64,000 nucleotides of DNA from a virus. Positions 1-10,689 of this stretch are shown here, piece after piece (positions within the stretch are counted from its first letter, which is position 1; each line of letters starts with the position of its first letter). The notes below the pieces were generated by a model. The model was given only the letters and a program-made list of their open reading frames with translations. It did not search any database and had not been told where the DNA came from. Location of the stretch: the IMG/VR virus record IMGVR_UViG_3300031772_002739, positions 1-64,000 of that record. One strand, given 5' to 3'. Position numbers and translations under genes: made by a program.

Positions 1-1
1 T

Positions 2-2539
2 CGAACTACTCAAGGTATATTTGAAACGGGCTATTACAACAGTTCCTCTTATGGTAAAGTCGCCTGCACAGAAAATTCCTGGTCGGTTAACTATGTTTAT
101 CGGTTGATTGGCACAGAAGACGAATCGGCCATTGTGATGAGCAACGCTCAATTTGCCACAGAACTTGACGCATCAAATAATGCAACACCACCACCAAACC
201 TTCCATCCACTATTGTAGATATTGGATTGTTAGTTGGTAGATTTATTATTCAAAGCGGTTCCTATACTCCAACCATTGAGTCGGCGTTCAGCAACGTCTT
301 TATTCCTTCGGTAGTGACCGATCACGAAAGTTTGACGGGAATACAAGGTGGGCAAGGTGGAGAACATTATCATCTGACTTTAACAGATAGAGATGGCACT
401 GGAACAGGTGTGATGGTTCGTCAAAGCAATGCAACGATGTCCAATCCTCAATTTGCTGGAGCAACACAATATCATATACCATATTGGAATGCCAGTAAAC
501 AATTAACTTTGACTGGAAGCGTTCAGGTGTTTCAAGATCAATATGTTTTAATCAACTCAAGTTCATTCCCAGATATAACAAATCAGGAAGCGTTGCTTAT
601 AAGACAACTCAATACTTCTTCTGTCAACTCGGTTGGCGCCTATGCAACTGTAGACAATTTTTCTCAAATCTACAACCAAAATTTAAGTAATGGAACTAGC
701 GCTTCAACTGATATTGCCGCTACTGCCGATGTCGGTGGTCAATATACAAATTACATAGATATGGGGGTCGCTAGTTCCAAATACACCGGCTCAACATGGC
801 CTTGGACTAAAGCTCTTGACGGATATGTTCAAGTAGATGGTGGAGATTTCTGGTTGGCTACCATTACTGATAACAAATTATTGTTTGCCTTTAACAACAC
901 GTCTAGCACCAACTACGCCGATAAAACCGGATTTTATCTGAGTGGATCATGGTTTGGAACATCTAGTTTTGCAAACAACTCTACATCTGCATCATATTCT
1001 GTATCTGCATCAAACGCTATTACGGCATCCTATTCAATATCATCGTCAAGATCGGAGATGGGTTTATCATCGTCCAACGCTTTGACTGCATCATATTCTA
1101 TAACGTCTTCTTTTGCAGAATCAGGATCAAACACCATATCATCATCTCATACATTATTTGCAGATTCAAGTTCGTATTCACTAACAGCATCATATGCAAT
1201 ATCAGCGTCAAATACAGAAACATCGTCACATTCCATCTCATCATCTTATTCTAACTCAGGAAGTTATAGTATTACATCGAGTTATGCCGATAACGTATCC
1301 ATCGCGTTGGAATCACAGGTTTTTACTTTGGAGTTTACTTACAAAACAGGAACGGATTTTGACGATCCTGGAAATGGAAACTACAAACTTGATAATGTAG
1401 CTTCCGCTTCTATCAACAACATTTATATCGATTCTTTAACGAAGAATGGATTGGATGTAAGCGTTTTTATTAGAAACCTTCGTGGTAATCAAAAAATATA
1501 TGTTCAAGACAAAGCCGATTCTACAAAATCGTTTCTATTTTCTTTGAGTGGTTCATCTGTTGATAATACAGGATGGTTCACTATTCCAGTGACTTTTGTG
1601 GGATCTCCGGGCGGAGGTTTTCCAACAAACAACAAACCAAGTGTGTTTGTTTTTATTAACGAAACGTCGATAGTATCAGGATCAACATATCCAGTTACCG
1701 CAAGTTGGGCAATAAACTCCACATCGGCGTCTTATTCTAATTCATCTAGTTATTCAATAACATCATCGTTATCACATACATCATCATATTCCAATTCGGG
1801 AAGTTACTCCATAACTGCTTCATATGCCGTTGATGCTATATCATCATCACATTCTATAACGTCGTCATTCGCTCTGAATTCTGGAGGAACATCCATAACT
1901 ACTGGATCTACATATCCAATTACATCTAGTTGGTCAACTACTTCATCTTATGCTCTGTCGTCATCACAAGCTGAACTTGCAACAAGTGCATCATATGCTG
2001 GTACATCATCGTTTTTGACAAGAAACGGAACCTACGAGGTTACGGCAAGTTGGGCAAACTCATCGAGTGTTGCAACGAGTGCGTCATACGCTGGAACGTC
2101 ATCATTTTTAACAAGAAACAGAACATATGAAGTAACATCGAGTTGGGCAGTAACATCGTCGTTTTCTATATCATCGTCGTGGTCGCCTACTGCTTCTGTG
2201 GTATTCTCAAGAGGAGGAGTGTTTTATGACGCTACTGGAATAGCCGGAGTTATGGCTCAAAATCAAAATCTAATGGTTTGGAGAGCACCGTTCGCCTGTA
2301 CCGTCCAGTCCGTTCATGGATATAGAGTAGGTGGAGATGGAGCCTGGTTAAACGCTAGAAAAAATGGTATAGGAACTATATTGACATCGAGTTTAACATC
2401 CTCAGCGGATACTTGGGCATCTATAACTACCGTTCAAAGTTCATCATTTGTAACAGGAGATAAACTTGAGATTATGTTGGTGACCAGTTCCAACTATCCA
2501 ACTCAATCAGCTGTTCAAGTTGATTTTCTAAGGTCATAA
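2..2539 (+). CDS. Ser/Thr-rich virion structural protein (tail fibre-like), 5'-truncated by the window
   Basis: Frame is open from position 2, upstream of the called TTG at 104. Many SASYA/TASWA/SSSYS repeats; lies upstream of the tail sheath. Confidence 0.65.
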   Translation, partial: RTTQGIFETGYYNSSSYGKVACTENSWSVNYVYRLIGTEDESAIVMSNAQFATELDASNNATPPPNLPSTIVDIGLLVGRFIIQSGSYTPTIESAFSNVFIPSVVTDHESLTGIQGGQGGEHYHLTLTDRDGTGTGVMVRQSNATMSNPQFAGATQYHIPYWNASKQLTLTGSVQVFQDQYVLINSSSFPDITNQEALLIRQLNTSSVNSVGAYATVDNFSQIYNQNLSNGTSASTDIAATADVGGQYTNYIDMGVASSKYTGSTWPWTKALDGYVQVDGGDFWLATITDNKLLFAFNNTSSTNYADKTGFYLSGSWFGTSSFANNSTSASYSVSASNAITASYSISSSRSEMGLSSSNALTASYSITSSFAESGSNTISSSHTLFADSSSYSLTASYAISASNTETSSHSISSSYSNSGSYSITSSYADNVSIALESQVFTLEFTYKTGTDFDDPGNGNYKLDNVASASINNIYIDSLTKNGLDVSVFIRNLRGNQKIYVQDKADSTKSFLFSLSGSSVDNTGWFTIPVTFVGSPGGGFPTNNKPSVFVFINETSIVSGSTYPVTASWAINSTSASYSNSSSYSITSSLSHTSSYSNSGSYSITASYAVDAISSSHSITSSFALNSGGTSITTGSTYPITSSWSTTSSYALSSSQAELATSASYAGTSSFLTRNGTYEVTASWANSSSVATSASYAGTSSFLTRNRTYEVTSSWAVTSSFSISSSWSPTASVVFSRGGVFYDATGIAGVMAQNQNLMVWRAPFACTVQSVHGYRVGGDGAWLNARKNGIGTILTSSLTSSADTWASITTVQSSSFVTGDKLEIMLVTSSNYPTQSAVQVDFLRS
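1978..2148 (+). repeat. Internal 26-aa duplication in the fibre-like protein
   Basis: ATSASYAGTSSFLTRNGTYEVTASWA and ATSASYAGTSSFLTRNRTYEVTSSWA, 32 codons apart. Confidence 0.85.
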
Positions 2540-2542
2540 TTT

Positions 2543-3205
2543 ATGTCATTGCCTGTTACTTATAGTTTATATATGTTGACTACAACATTTCCTGGAACTA
2601 ACCATGTAGCCTTGTCATCATCTGCTCCTGCAGACGCAAATACTACTTGGGGTTGGAATATGGGACAGTTGACTCCTCCTAGATTTTGTCAGATGGATCA
2701 AGGTGTTGAAGTACCTAGAACAAGTCTGCAGTGGACTACCACTCCATCTGGTTCAGTCCCAAACAATACTATTGGAGATTGTATGGTGGCCGGCCCATAT
2801 TCTGGAATATTCAACAATGGAAGGTGGGAAATAACAATGTCTGTCAGAGCGGTAACACAAGTACAGGGTCAAGATGGGGGATTTATTTATCGTTTGTGGA
2901 AAAGTTCTACACCAACAGGAGTAGGAGCGACGTTAATAACATCTTCTTACGAATCCTCATCCGTGGTGACTAACTTAACTACTACTGTTACTCCTTTATA
3001 TGCAACAGTCACATATCCTACTTTTATAATGAGAAATGAATATATTTTACTTCAAACTTGGTGGTCTATTATAGGAGCATCGACTAATAACACATCCGAT
3101 GCAGACTTTTCAGTCGGTGCAACAAGAGGGTGTATACGAACTTCATATTTCAATACTTATAAAAAAACTAATGTAAATTTGATTCAGGACGATCTTCCAA
3201 TATAA
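2543..3205 (+). CDS. Hypothetical virion-associated protein (beta-rich)
   Basis: 220-aa Thr/Ser/Gly-rich ORF starting 3 nt after the fibre-like gene. Confidence 0.5.
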   Translation: MSLPVTYSLYMLTTTFPGTNHVALSSSAPADANTTWGWNMGQLTPPRFCQMDQGVEVPRTSLQWTTTPSGSVPNNTIGDCMVAGPYSGIFNNGRWEITMSVRAVTQVQGQDGGFIYRLWKSSTPTGVGATLITSSYESSSVVTNLTTTVTPLYATVTYPTFIMRNEYILLQTWWSIIGASTNNTSDADFSVGATRGCIRTSYFNTYKKTNVNLIQDDLPI

Positions 3206-3274
3206 TGGTGTTGTATATTAATTTATAATTTATCAAACTCCATATTTATTTGTAAGGATACAATATTATAAAAT

Positions 3275-3793
3275 ATGGCAATAGGCGACATCAATCCCAG
3301 TAAAAGAGAAATCGTATTTTTTCAAAGATCAGACGATAACTTGAAATATCATGAGGTTCATGTTTCCGGATCTGGAATAATATTTTTTACTGATGGAAAC
3401 GGTTATTTGGATGCTGATACTATCACGAGTTTCTTTTCTACCTATGGTGGAGTAACCTCTACTACATCATCATTTTATTCCTCTGGCTCGGGGGTAGCGT
3501 CATCATCATATATTGCAACACAGTCATTTTGTTCTACCAGTTCATTTTTTGCGTCAGGATCAAATATAGCTTCGTCATCTTATATAGCTACACAATCGTT
3601 CGTATCAACATCATCTCTTTACGCTTCGTCGTCATTTTCTTCGAGCTATGCTTCGGCTAGTTTAACCGCGTCATATATGACAGGATCAAATTTTCGTATT
3701 ATAAACAATCAATTACAAATTTATGGTATTGATGATGATGGATGGTATGCTTTGACCGCCTTTGGAGGAATTATATCCCAAAGTAAAGTATAA
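3275..3793 (+). CDS. Ser-rich virion protein
   Basis: Duplicated ASSSYIATQSF and SASLTASY motifs like the upstream fibre; TATTTAT motif at 3243. Confidence 0.55.
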   Translation: MAIGDINPSKREIVFFQRSDDNLKYHEVHVSGSGIIFFTDGNGYLDADTITSFFSTYGGVTSTTSSFYSSGSGVASSSYIATQSFCSTSSFFASGSNIASSSYIATQSFVSTSSLYASSSFSSSYASASLTASYMTGSNFRIINNQLQIYGIDDDGWYALTAFGGIISQSKV

Positions 3794-3906
3794 TATAAAA
3801 ACATTTTCTTTTATAATTTTAATTAATTTTCACTTTTTTGATGTTTTGAAAATATCACTTATATGTATTACTGATTTAAACAATATTTTATAAAAAGGTT
3901 TACGTT

Positions 3907-4182
3907 ATGTCAGAACCAATCAAATTATCGGATGAGGAAATTTCAAAAATAAAAAAACTACAAGAACAATATCAAGAAAAAACATTTTCGTTCGGTCAAT
4001 TATACCTTGAAAAAATGGCTGTAGAAAAGATAATTCAAAGTATTACAGACAGGGAATCAACTTTAAAAGAAGAGTGGTCGGCCCTTCAAAACACCGAAAA
4101 ATCTTTAATTGATGAAATTATTAAAAAATATGGAGAAGGAACACTAAACCTTACTCATGGCACTCTGACACCTGATAAATAA
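3907..4182 (+). CDS. Small coiled-coil hypothetical protein
   Basis: 91 aa, helical heptad character, ends KYGEGTLNLTHGTLTP; AAGG RBS. Confidence 0.6.
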   Translation: MSEPIKLSDEEISKIKKLQEQYQEKTFSFGQLYLEKMAVEKIIQSITDRESTLKEEWSALQNTEKSLIDEIIKKYGEGTLNLTHGTLTPDK

Positions 4183-4375
4183 AAATTTAATCCTTAAATA
4201 TCAAAAGATAGTATCTTTGAAAAAAACAAAGATATTTATATTTGGTTAATATTTTAGACGGATATGTATAAAAATGTTGTAAAACTTGCGTTAATCAACA
4301 AATATGTGAAAGAAACCAAAGATGGATATCTTTTACTAATAATACCAATCAAGAAATAAGAAAAGGAGAATTAGC

Positions 4376-7300
4376 ATGAGTATTCAAGAAGGTGGAAGAT
4401 TCAGTCCAGTTGATCGTATAGTAAGCCCTGGCGTATTTACCCGTGAAAATGATTTATCAGGTATTGCACAAGGTGTGGCTGATATTGGCGGTGCAATTGT
4501 AGCCCCATTCCAAAAGGGACCGGGCTTTTCTCCAACACTACTTCGTAATGTAGCTGATCTGGAAGCCAAATTTGGTATCGCAGATGGCGTTTATTACGGA
4601 CCATACACGGCAAAGGAATATCTCAAAGAGCGTGGATTAGTGACCGTATGCCGCGTTGGCGGTTTGACCGGATACAGACAACAATATCCATTTGTCATTT
4701 GGGCAACCAAGGGAACTTGGTTGAGAAACCTATCAGCAGGTACCGTTAACTCTGGAAGTTCTTATATTATGCCGTCCGGTTCAGCAACTGCATTATACAG
4801 CCAAAGCGTTTCCGTATCTGGCGCAAATTTGATATTCAACTCTGCTTCAATAGTAGTGACTTTTACTGACACCCCGTTGGATGCCGATGCAGCAACCGGT
4901 GAGGTTGGGTCGAGTGGTAGTATATTATATTCTAGTCAAACAGTAACTCTTGGAACATCCACATTAACCGTGGCAACTCAATCTACTAATATTTATAGTG
5001 GAACGGGAAGCGTTCCTAACTATAGCGTATACGATCTTGTATTAAGTGGATCTCTATCTGGAACATTTACAAATCCAACTACGTTGACGTTAGTTGATGA
5101 TTCTTCTCCGTTCGATTCTGGTATTAAACTCTATAGAGGTGCCTTTTATGTAGAAACAGGATCTTGTCCTGGAAATTATGTTTTCCATTTGAAAGGTATG
5201 GTATCAGGAACGTTTGGAAGATACAACGGTTCATTCACTCATGGTGCTTCAACATTTAATGTTTGTGAAAATTCGTGGTCGTCAGCTACACCAGATCAAA
5301 GAGTATTAGCCGTATTAGCTGATACCCAGTATGGTGGGATTAATAGCAGTTTAGTGGCTCCTGGATTTTCAGGATCATTATTGGATTATAGTGGTAGTGC
5401 TGTCACGGGAGTTCAAGGTGTTCTTAATGGATACCGATTAGAGAACAATGGTAATTCCATTTCCAATAATTTCGTAATGAGAGTAAAATCGACGGATAGT
5501 GTGGTCTCTTATGGTGATTATGTATTTTCAATGGATGCCTCGAGCACTAAGTATATCACCAGCGTATTCGGCAATAATCCTCAAGCTGGCGACCCTGATA
5601 AACAGGTATCCGGACAAAAGATTGAAGCTGGTTATCTGTATAAGGTATTTGAAAACGCCATCGCTGAAGTCATAGCTAGTAACGACGAATGGTTCATAAG
5701 TGGAAGTTGGTTGCCAAATGCAAGAAATTTCTTGGGTGAACCAATGAAGTTTACTGATGATTATTCCTTAAACCTTGCGGCAGGCGACTCGGTATATGCC
5801 TTAAGGCAGGCTGAAACTCCTTGGATCGTTTCTCAACAGATCGCTTCTTGGGATGGAACAACCACCCCAACAAGATTCCGTATGTTTAAAGTTCATACGT
5901 TATCTGACGGAACTTATACCAATAAAGAATATAAGATTGAAGTCAGCAGAGTAAAACTCGCTGGAACCGTTGCTGGCAGTGATTGGGGATCTTTCACTTT
6001 GACGCTTCGTAAATTTAGTGATACAGATCGTCGTCCAGAAATTATGGAACAATTCAATAACTTGAATCTTGATCCAGATTCTTCGAACTATATCGCTCGT
6101 AGAATTGGTGACCGATACAATTATATTAACTTCAATGGTAAAATTCTTGAATACGGCACGTTCTCCAATAATAGTAAGCACATTCGTATTGAGATGAATG
6201 ACGCTACTCTTCCTGTCGCCGCAGTTCCTGCTGGGTTTGAAGCATACGTTACTCCAATCAATAGTAGTATTGGTCGTTGGACTCCTGTGATGAAATACAC
6301 TAAGGCTTCTGTCTATGGATTGAATCCTGGTAAATATCCGTCGGGTATTACGTTTGATGACGCTCCAACAGGCGCAGACGCAGAACTGTTATCTCTATAT
6401 CCAACCAGTTCAACTGGAGTTGGCGCTGCAGAGGATAATAAACAATATATGGCTCCTCTACCTGAGTTTGGAGCATATACAAGTGTCGGAGGGAACGTAG
6501 TGTTCGCTCTGGATTCTGATTATCGTTCTTACGGAGTTGGAATTGGTTCTTACTTAAGCGCCAGTAACGCAGTATCGTATGAATATGATGCTGCCAAGGA
6601 AGTTACCTACGCTAAGATGCGTAAGTTCGTTCTCGGATTTCAAGAGGGATTTGATGGTCAATCGCCAGCTATCGATGTTAAAGTCGGTGGGGATATTATC
6701 CCAGGTAACACACAAGGCATGGATTGTACCAACAGTACTGCTGCCGGTTCAATCGCTTACAAACAAGCCGTCGCATGTCTCGGAAATGCTGATGAGTTTG
6801 ATATCAACTTGATCGTCGCTCCTGGTATTTTACATCAACATCACCCATACGTAACAACGTTGATTGTTGATATGTGTGAGGCAAGAGGAGATTGTTTCTA
6901 TATTTTGGATCTATATTCTGACGATGGTAACCCAGGTGCTGGTCAGGTCGATGAAGTAATATCTTACGCATCGTCTTATGACACAAACTATGCTGCTACC
7001 TATTATCCTTGGATTAAGATTCTTGATACCAATCTCAACAAAATTGTAACCGTTCCCCCATCGGTTGTTATCCCATCGGTTTATGCTGCTAACGATAAAG
7101 TAGCTGCTGAATGGTTTGCACCTGCTGGTCTAAACCGCGGCGGCATTTCAATTGCCACTCAGGTTACTGACAGAACAACTCATACGGAACGGGATGATCT
7201 CTATGAAGGTAAAGTCAACCCAATTGCAGCGTTCCCAGGAGCTGGTATCGTTGTTTGGGGTCAGAAAACTCTACAAGATAAAGCATCAGCACTTGATCGT

Positions 7301-7615
7301 GTTAGTGTTCGTCGTCTGCTCATTAACCTTAAGAAGTTCATCGCTTCTACATCGAAATACTTGGTGTTTGAACAGAATACAGCATCGACAAGGAATAAGT
7401 TCCTTAGTATCGTCAATCCATATCTGGAATCTGTTCAACAACGTTCTGGTTTATATGCTTTCTTCGTTAAGATGGATGAAGAGAATAACACTCCTGACAT
7501 TATTGATCAAAATACCCTATACGGACAAATCTATTTGAAACCAACTAAGACAGCAGAGTTTATTGTCTTAGACTTTAATATTCTCGCAACTGGGGCCGCG
7601 TTCCCCAACGCATAA
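4376..7615 (+). CDS. Contractile tail sheath protein (T4 gp18-like)
   Basis: N-terminal SPGVFTREND; C-terminal WFAPAGLNRG, WGQKTLQ, LDRVSVRRLL, FEQN, PTKTAEFIVLDF; AGGAG RBS. Confidence 0.95.
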   Translation: MSIQEGGRFSPVDRIVSPGVFTRENDLSGIAQGVADIGGAIVAPFQKGPGFSPTLLRNVADLEAKFGIADGVYYGPYTAKEYLKERGLVTVCRVGGLTGYRQQYPFVIWATKGTWLRNLSAGTVNSGSSYIMPSGSATALYSQSVSVSGANLIFNSASIVVTFTDTPLDADAATGEVGSSGSILYSSQTVTLGTSTLTVATQSTNIYSGTGSVPNYSVYDLVLSGSLSGTFTNPTTLTLVDDSSPFDSGIKLYRGAFYVETGSCPGNYVFHLKGMVSGTFGRYNGSFTHGASTFNVCENSWSSATPDQRVLAVLADTQYGGINSSLVAPGFSGSLLDYSGSAVTGVQGVLNGYRLENNGNSISNNFVMRVKSTDSVVSYGDYVFSMDASSTKYITSVFGNNPQAGDPDKQVSGQKIEAGYLYKVFENAIAEVIASNDEWFISGSWLPNARNFLGEPMKFTDDYSLNLAAGDSVYALRQAETPWIVSQQIASWDGTTTPTRFRMFKVHTLSDGTYTNKEYKIEVSRVKLAGTVAGSDWGSFTLTLRKFSDTDRRPEIMEQFNNLNLDPDSSNYIARRIGDRYNYINFNGKILEYGTFSNNSKHIRIEMNDATLPVAAVPAGFEAYVTPINSSIGRWTPVMKYTKASVYGLNPGKYPSGITFDDAPTGADAELLSLYPTSSTGVGAAEDNKQYMAPLPEFGAYTSVGGNVVFALDSDYRSYGVGIGSYLSASNAVSYEYDAAKEVTYAKMRKFVLGFQEGFDGQSPAIDVKVGGDIIPGNTQGMDCTNSTAAGSIAYKQAVACLGNADEFDINLIVAPGILHQHHPYVTTLIVDMCEARGDCFYILDLYSDDGNPGAGQVDEVISYASSYDTNYAATYYPWIKILDTNLNKIVTVPPSVVIPSVYAANDKVAAEWFAPAGLNRGGISIATQVTDRTTHTERDDLYEGKVNPIAAFPGAGIVVWGQKTLQDKASALDRVSVRRLLINLKKFIASTSKYLVFEQNTASTRNKFLSIVNPYLESVQQRSGLYAFFVKMDEENNTPDIIDQNTLYGQIYLKPTKTAEFIVLDFNILATGAAFPNA

Positions 7616-7642
7616 ATAATATATAATCAATAACTTACACAC

Positions 7643-7680
7643 AAAACTCAACTTAATAAAATAAGTTGAGTTTTTCTTTT
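7643..7680 (+). terminator. Rho-independent terminator after sheath
   Basis: AAAACTCAACTTA-ataaaa-TAAGTTGAGTTTT followed by a T-tract. Confidence 0.8.
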
Positions 7681-7721
7681 GGCCGTGTTATAATTATCTT
7701 CAATAAGATTAGGAGTATTAT

Positions 7722-9236
7722 ATGACAGAAAGAGGAAAAAAATTACGCGAAACGTTTCTTAAAAAATATGGAGTAGAACACCCATCTCAACTTCTTTCGG
7801 TAAAGGAAAAAATAAAAAAGAAAAGGGAAGATGGTGCATATAACGATATGATTGTTAATATGAAAAAAACCTTATTGGAAAAATATGGAGATGAAAATTA
7901 TAATAATTTAGAGGAAGGCAAAAAAACAAAATTAAAAAAATATGGAGATGAAAATTATAATAATAGAGAAAAAATGGTAAAAACAAATCAAGAAAGATAC
8001 GGAATGAATGTTTCTCCAAATGTAATAAAAAGTACAACAGAAAGGTCAAAATCAGGTGAAATAGGATTTAATTCCGAAAAATATATATCGTTTCTTAAAA
8101 ATAATAATGTTAAAAATATATCTCAATTAACATCTGTAAAAAATAAGAAAAAAGAAAATCAAATAAAATTATACCTTAAAAAATTATTTTCCGGTAACAG
8201 ATTAAAGGGTATGGTGAAACCAACATTTTCTGAAAATGAATATAAAGGCGCCAAATATGATACTCTTTATAAATTTGAATGTTGTAAGTGTGGAAATATA
8301 TTTGAAGATACCTTATATTCAGGTAATATACCAAGATGTTTGATTTGTTATCCATACGACCAATTTAAATCTAAAATAGAGTTAGATATTATTGATTTTC
8401 TAAAATCGGCCGGTTTACAATATAAACAACATGATAGGTCTATTTTGAACGGAGAAGAAATAGACATATTGATAAATGATAAAAATATAGGGATTGAATG
8501 TGATGGTGTAATATGGCATAGCGAATTATTTGGAAAAAAAGACAAACAATATCATTTAAACAAATCAAAATTGGCTGAAAATAAAGGCATATCACTTATG
8601 CATATATGGGATTGGGAATGGTTGAATAAAAAAGATTTGATAAAAAGTATAATATTGAATAAAGTAAATAAATCTGAAAAAATACACGCAAGAAAATGTG
8701 AAATAAAAGAAATAACAAATACACAAAAAATCAAGTTTGTAGAGTTAAATCATATACAGGGAGATGATACATCATCTATACGCATCGGCTTGTTTTTTAA
8801 TAATGTATTGGTGTCTGTTATGACCTTCGTAAAATCACGATATGATAAGAATTATGAATATGAGATGTCAAGATATTGTAATAAAATCAATACAAGTGTT
8901 GTTGGTGGCGCATCAAAATTATTAAATTATTTCATAACTGTATATAATCCAAAATCAATTGTGTCATATTGTGATAAAAGATTTTTTAATGGTAAAGTTT
9001 ATGTTAATATAGGAATGAAATTCATTGGTGATACACCACCAAATTATTATTATTTTAATAAGAATAATTGTGTACCTATAAGTAGAATCAAGTTTCAGAA
9101 ACATAAACTTAACAACATTTTGAAATCGTTCGACCCATCACTAACGGAGTGGGAAAATATGCAACTTAATGGATATGATAGGATTTGGGATTGTGGAAAT
9201 TTAAAATATATTTGGGAAAACACTATATTACCATAA
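7722..9236 (+). CDS. Hef-like/PD-(D/E)xK homing endonuclease with C-terminal Mom-like GNAT domain
   Basis: KYGxEN repeats, CxxC..CxxC zinc ribbon, EIDI..IGIECDGVIWHS nuclease motif, C-terminal EMSRY..GGASKLL..IVSYCDKRFFNGKVY..RIWDCG; very AT-rich; own TTGAGT-N17-TATAAT promoter at 7666-7694. Confidence 0.75.
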   Translation: MTERGKKLRETFLKKYGVEHPSQLLSVKEKIKKKREDGAYNDMIVNMKKTLLEKYGDENYNNLEEGKKTKLKKYGDENYNNREKMVKTNQERYGMNVSPNVIKSTTERSKSGEIGFNSEKYISFLKNNNVKNISQLTSVKNKKKENQIKLYLKKLFSGNRLKGMVKPTFSENEYKGAKYDTLYKFECCKCGNIFEDTLYSGNIPRCLICYPYDQFKSKIELDIIDFLKSAGLQYKQHDRSILNGEEIDILINDKNIGIECDGVIWHSELFGKKDKQYHLNKSKLAENKGISLMHIWDWEWLNKKDLIKSIILNKVNKSEKIHARKCEIKEITNTQKIKFVELNHIQGDDTSSIRIGLFFNNVLVSVMTFVKSRYDKNYEYEMSRYCNKINTSVVGGASKLLNYFITVYNPKSIVSYCDKRFFNGKVYVNIGMKFIGDTPPNYYYFNKNNCVPISRIKFQKHKLNNILKSFDPSLTEWENMQLNGYDRIWDCGNLKYIWENTILP

Positions 9237-9302
9237 ACAAATTTACATATTGACCGCCAAAAAATCACATCCTTGTACTGGAAAAATCTATTTATATCCA
9301 GT

Positions 9303-9509
9303 ATGAAAACAAAGTCGAAAAAATGTGAATCACCTTTCATTCCTTATGATGATAATAGTTTAGAGCATAATAAAAATTGTCCGGATTACGGACAAACTTG
9401 GAGGATAACACAATCTGCTTGGTTAGAATCTGATTCTATTGAATATTCAGAATTTGTTGAGGATATAAAGAATAAAATATTGGGGAATAATATAAAATTA
9501 CCTAGATAA
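9303..9509 (+). CDS. Hypothetical protein
   Basis: ATG at 9303 lies 6 nt after TATTTATA (9289-9296); 68 aa. Confidence 0.45.
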   Translation: MKTKSKKCESPFIPYDDNSLEHNKNCPDYGQTWRITQSAWLESDSIEYSEFVEDIKNKILGNNIKLPR

Positions 9510-9516
9510 TCTGTAC

Positions 9517-9572
9517 AGTACTGCTTAGTACTGCTTAGTACTGCTTAGTACTGCTTAGTACTGCTTAGTACT
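9517..9572. repeat. Perfect 10-bp tandem repeat (AGTACTGCTT)x5 + AGTACT
   Basis: Six AGTACT palindromes separated by GCTT; intergenic. Confidence 0.95.
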
Positions 9573-9721
9573 TTAAATATTTATTTATAAAGAGCTAATC
9601 GCTTCAAAATCGCTACGGTAAGATAACCTACGCTCCTTTTTCGCTCCCGCTCAAAAGTACAACAATAAAATAATTTGTCAAGATATTTTAAAATATCAAC
9701 GATATTTATATTAGGAAACTT

Positions 9722-10228
9722 ATGCAATCTGATCATAATAGGACAGTGTACGTTGATATGGATGGAGTCGTTTCTGATTTTAGTTCACATTTTCAACATA
9801 TCACAGGAACGACCACAGGTCAACAATGGGATGACAACGAACTGTGGGCGAGGATCAACGCACACGGAAAAGAAAAGTTTTTTGCGGAAATGCCTTGGGT
9901 TCCTGGGTCAAAAGAAATGTGGAACTTCATAACTGACAACTTTTTGAATGTAAAAATATTGAGTGCTCTTGGAAGGAGCGATAAAGTTGATGGTGGTAAA
10001 ACTGCAAAAGGAAAGTTGGCTTGGTTGAGAAAAACCATACCATCATTGAAAGAAACGGATATTTTACTCGTTCCTAACAAACATGCTAAAAAACATTATG
10101 CTAAACCTAGTGATATATTAATCGATGACACCGAAGGTAATATTAAAGACTGGGAAAGTAAAGGCGGTATAGGAATACTTTTTAAAACTCCAAAAGATAC
10201 AATAATAAAATTGAGAGAATATGTATGA
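9722..10228 (+). CDS. HAD-family 5'(3')-deoxyribonucleotidase (NT5C-like)
   Basis: VYVDMDGV motif I, ILSA motif II, K, ILIDD motif IV, WESKGGIGI. Confidence 0.85.
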   Translation: MQSDHNRTVYVDMDGVVSDFSSHFQHITGTTTGQQWDDNELWARINAHGKEKFFAEMPWVPGSKEMWNFITDNFLNVKILSALGRSDKVDGGKTAKGKLAWLRKTIPSLKETDILLVPNKHAKKHYAKPSDILIDDTEGNIKDWESKGGIGILFKTPKDTIIKLREYV

Positions 10229-10689
10229 ATAAAAAAACAGAATTAAAAAACACAATTAAACAACTTATTAAAGAGATTCTAAGTGAACAATCATATAAAG
10301 TTGGCGGAAGATCTTACCGAACATTTCAAGATTCTCCACAAGTGACACAAAATCACGATCCGGAAGTTACTGAAAACGGAAACTACGAAGAAGCAGATGA
10401 ACTTCAAATTATCAAAAATATGGCTAGTATAGTTGAAAAGGTCAAAACGAAAACCGATAATCATTTTGAGTTGGTAAAAGCTATTAAACAGATTGAAGAA
10501 CTTGTTGATTCTCTTTTGGATTTACATAAATCTCTTCCAATGTTCAAATCAGGAGAAGTAGCAGAAGTGGCTCCTCCTGGATGGGAAAAGACGGTTAAGG
10601 GTATGAAGAAACATAAAGGTGATATAGAAAATCCCTGGGCATTAGCATGGTCTATGAAAAATAAAGGAGACAAACCAAGTAAATCATAA
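10225..10689 (+). CDS. Hypothetical protein, possible head-internal protein
   Basis: ATGA overlap with upstream gene; leader LKNTIKQLIKEILSE; C-terminal APPGWEKTVKGMKKH..NPWALAWSMK. Confidence 0.55.
   Translation: MNKKTELKNTIKQLIKEILSEQSYKVGGRSYRTFQDSPQVTQNHDPEVTENGNYEEADELQIIKNMASIVEKVKTKTDNHFELVKAIKQIEELVDSLLDLHKSLPMFKSGEVAEVAPPGWEKTVKGMKKHKGDIENPWALAWSMKNKGDKPSKS

Noticed and set aside
4201-4334. Two AAAGAT-n-ATCTTT inverted repeats upstream of the sheath gene as operators
   Set aside because: Spacer lengths differ (3 vs 4 nt) and the sequence is AT-rich; insufficient support
9517-9572. Tandem repeat as a CRISPR or mini-array
   Set aside because: The 10-bp units are contiguous and identical, with no unique spacers and no cas genes
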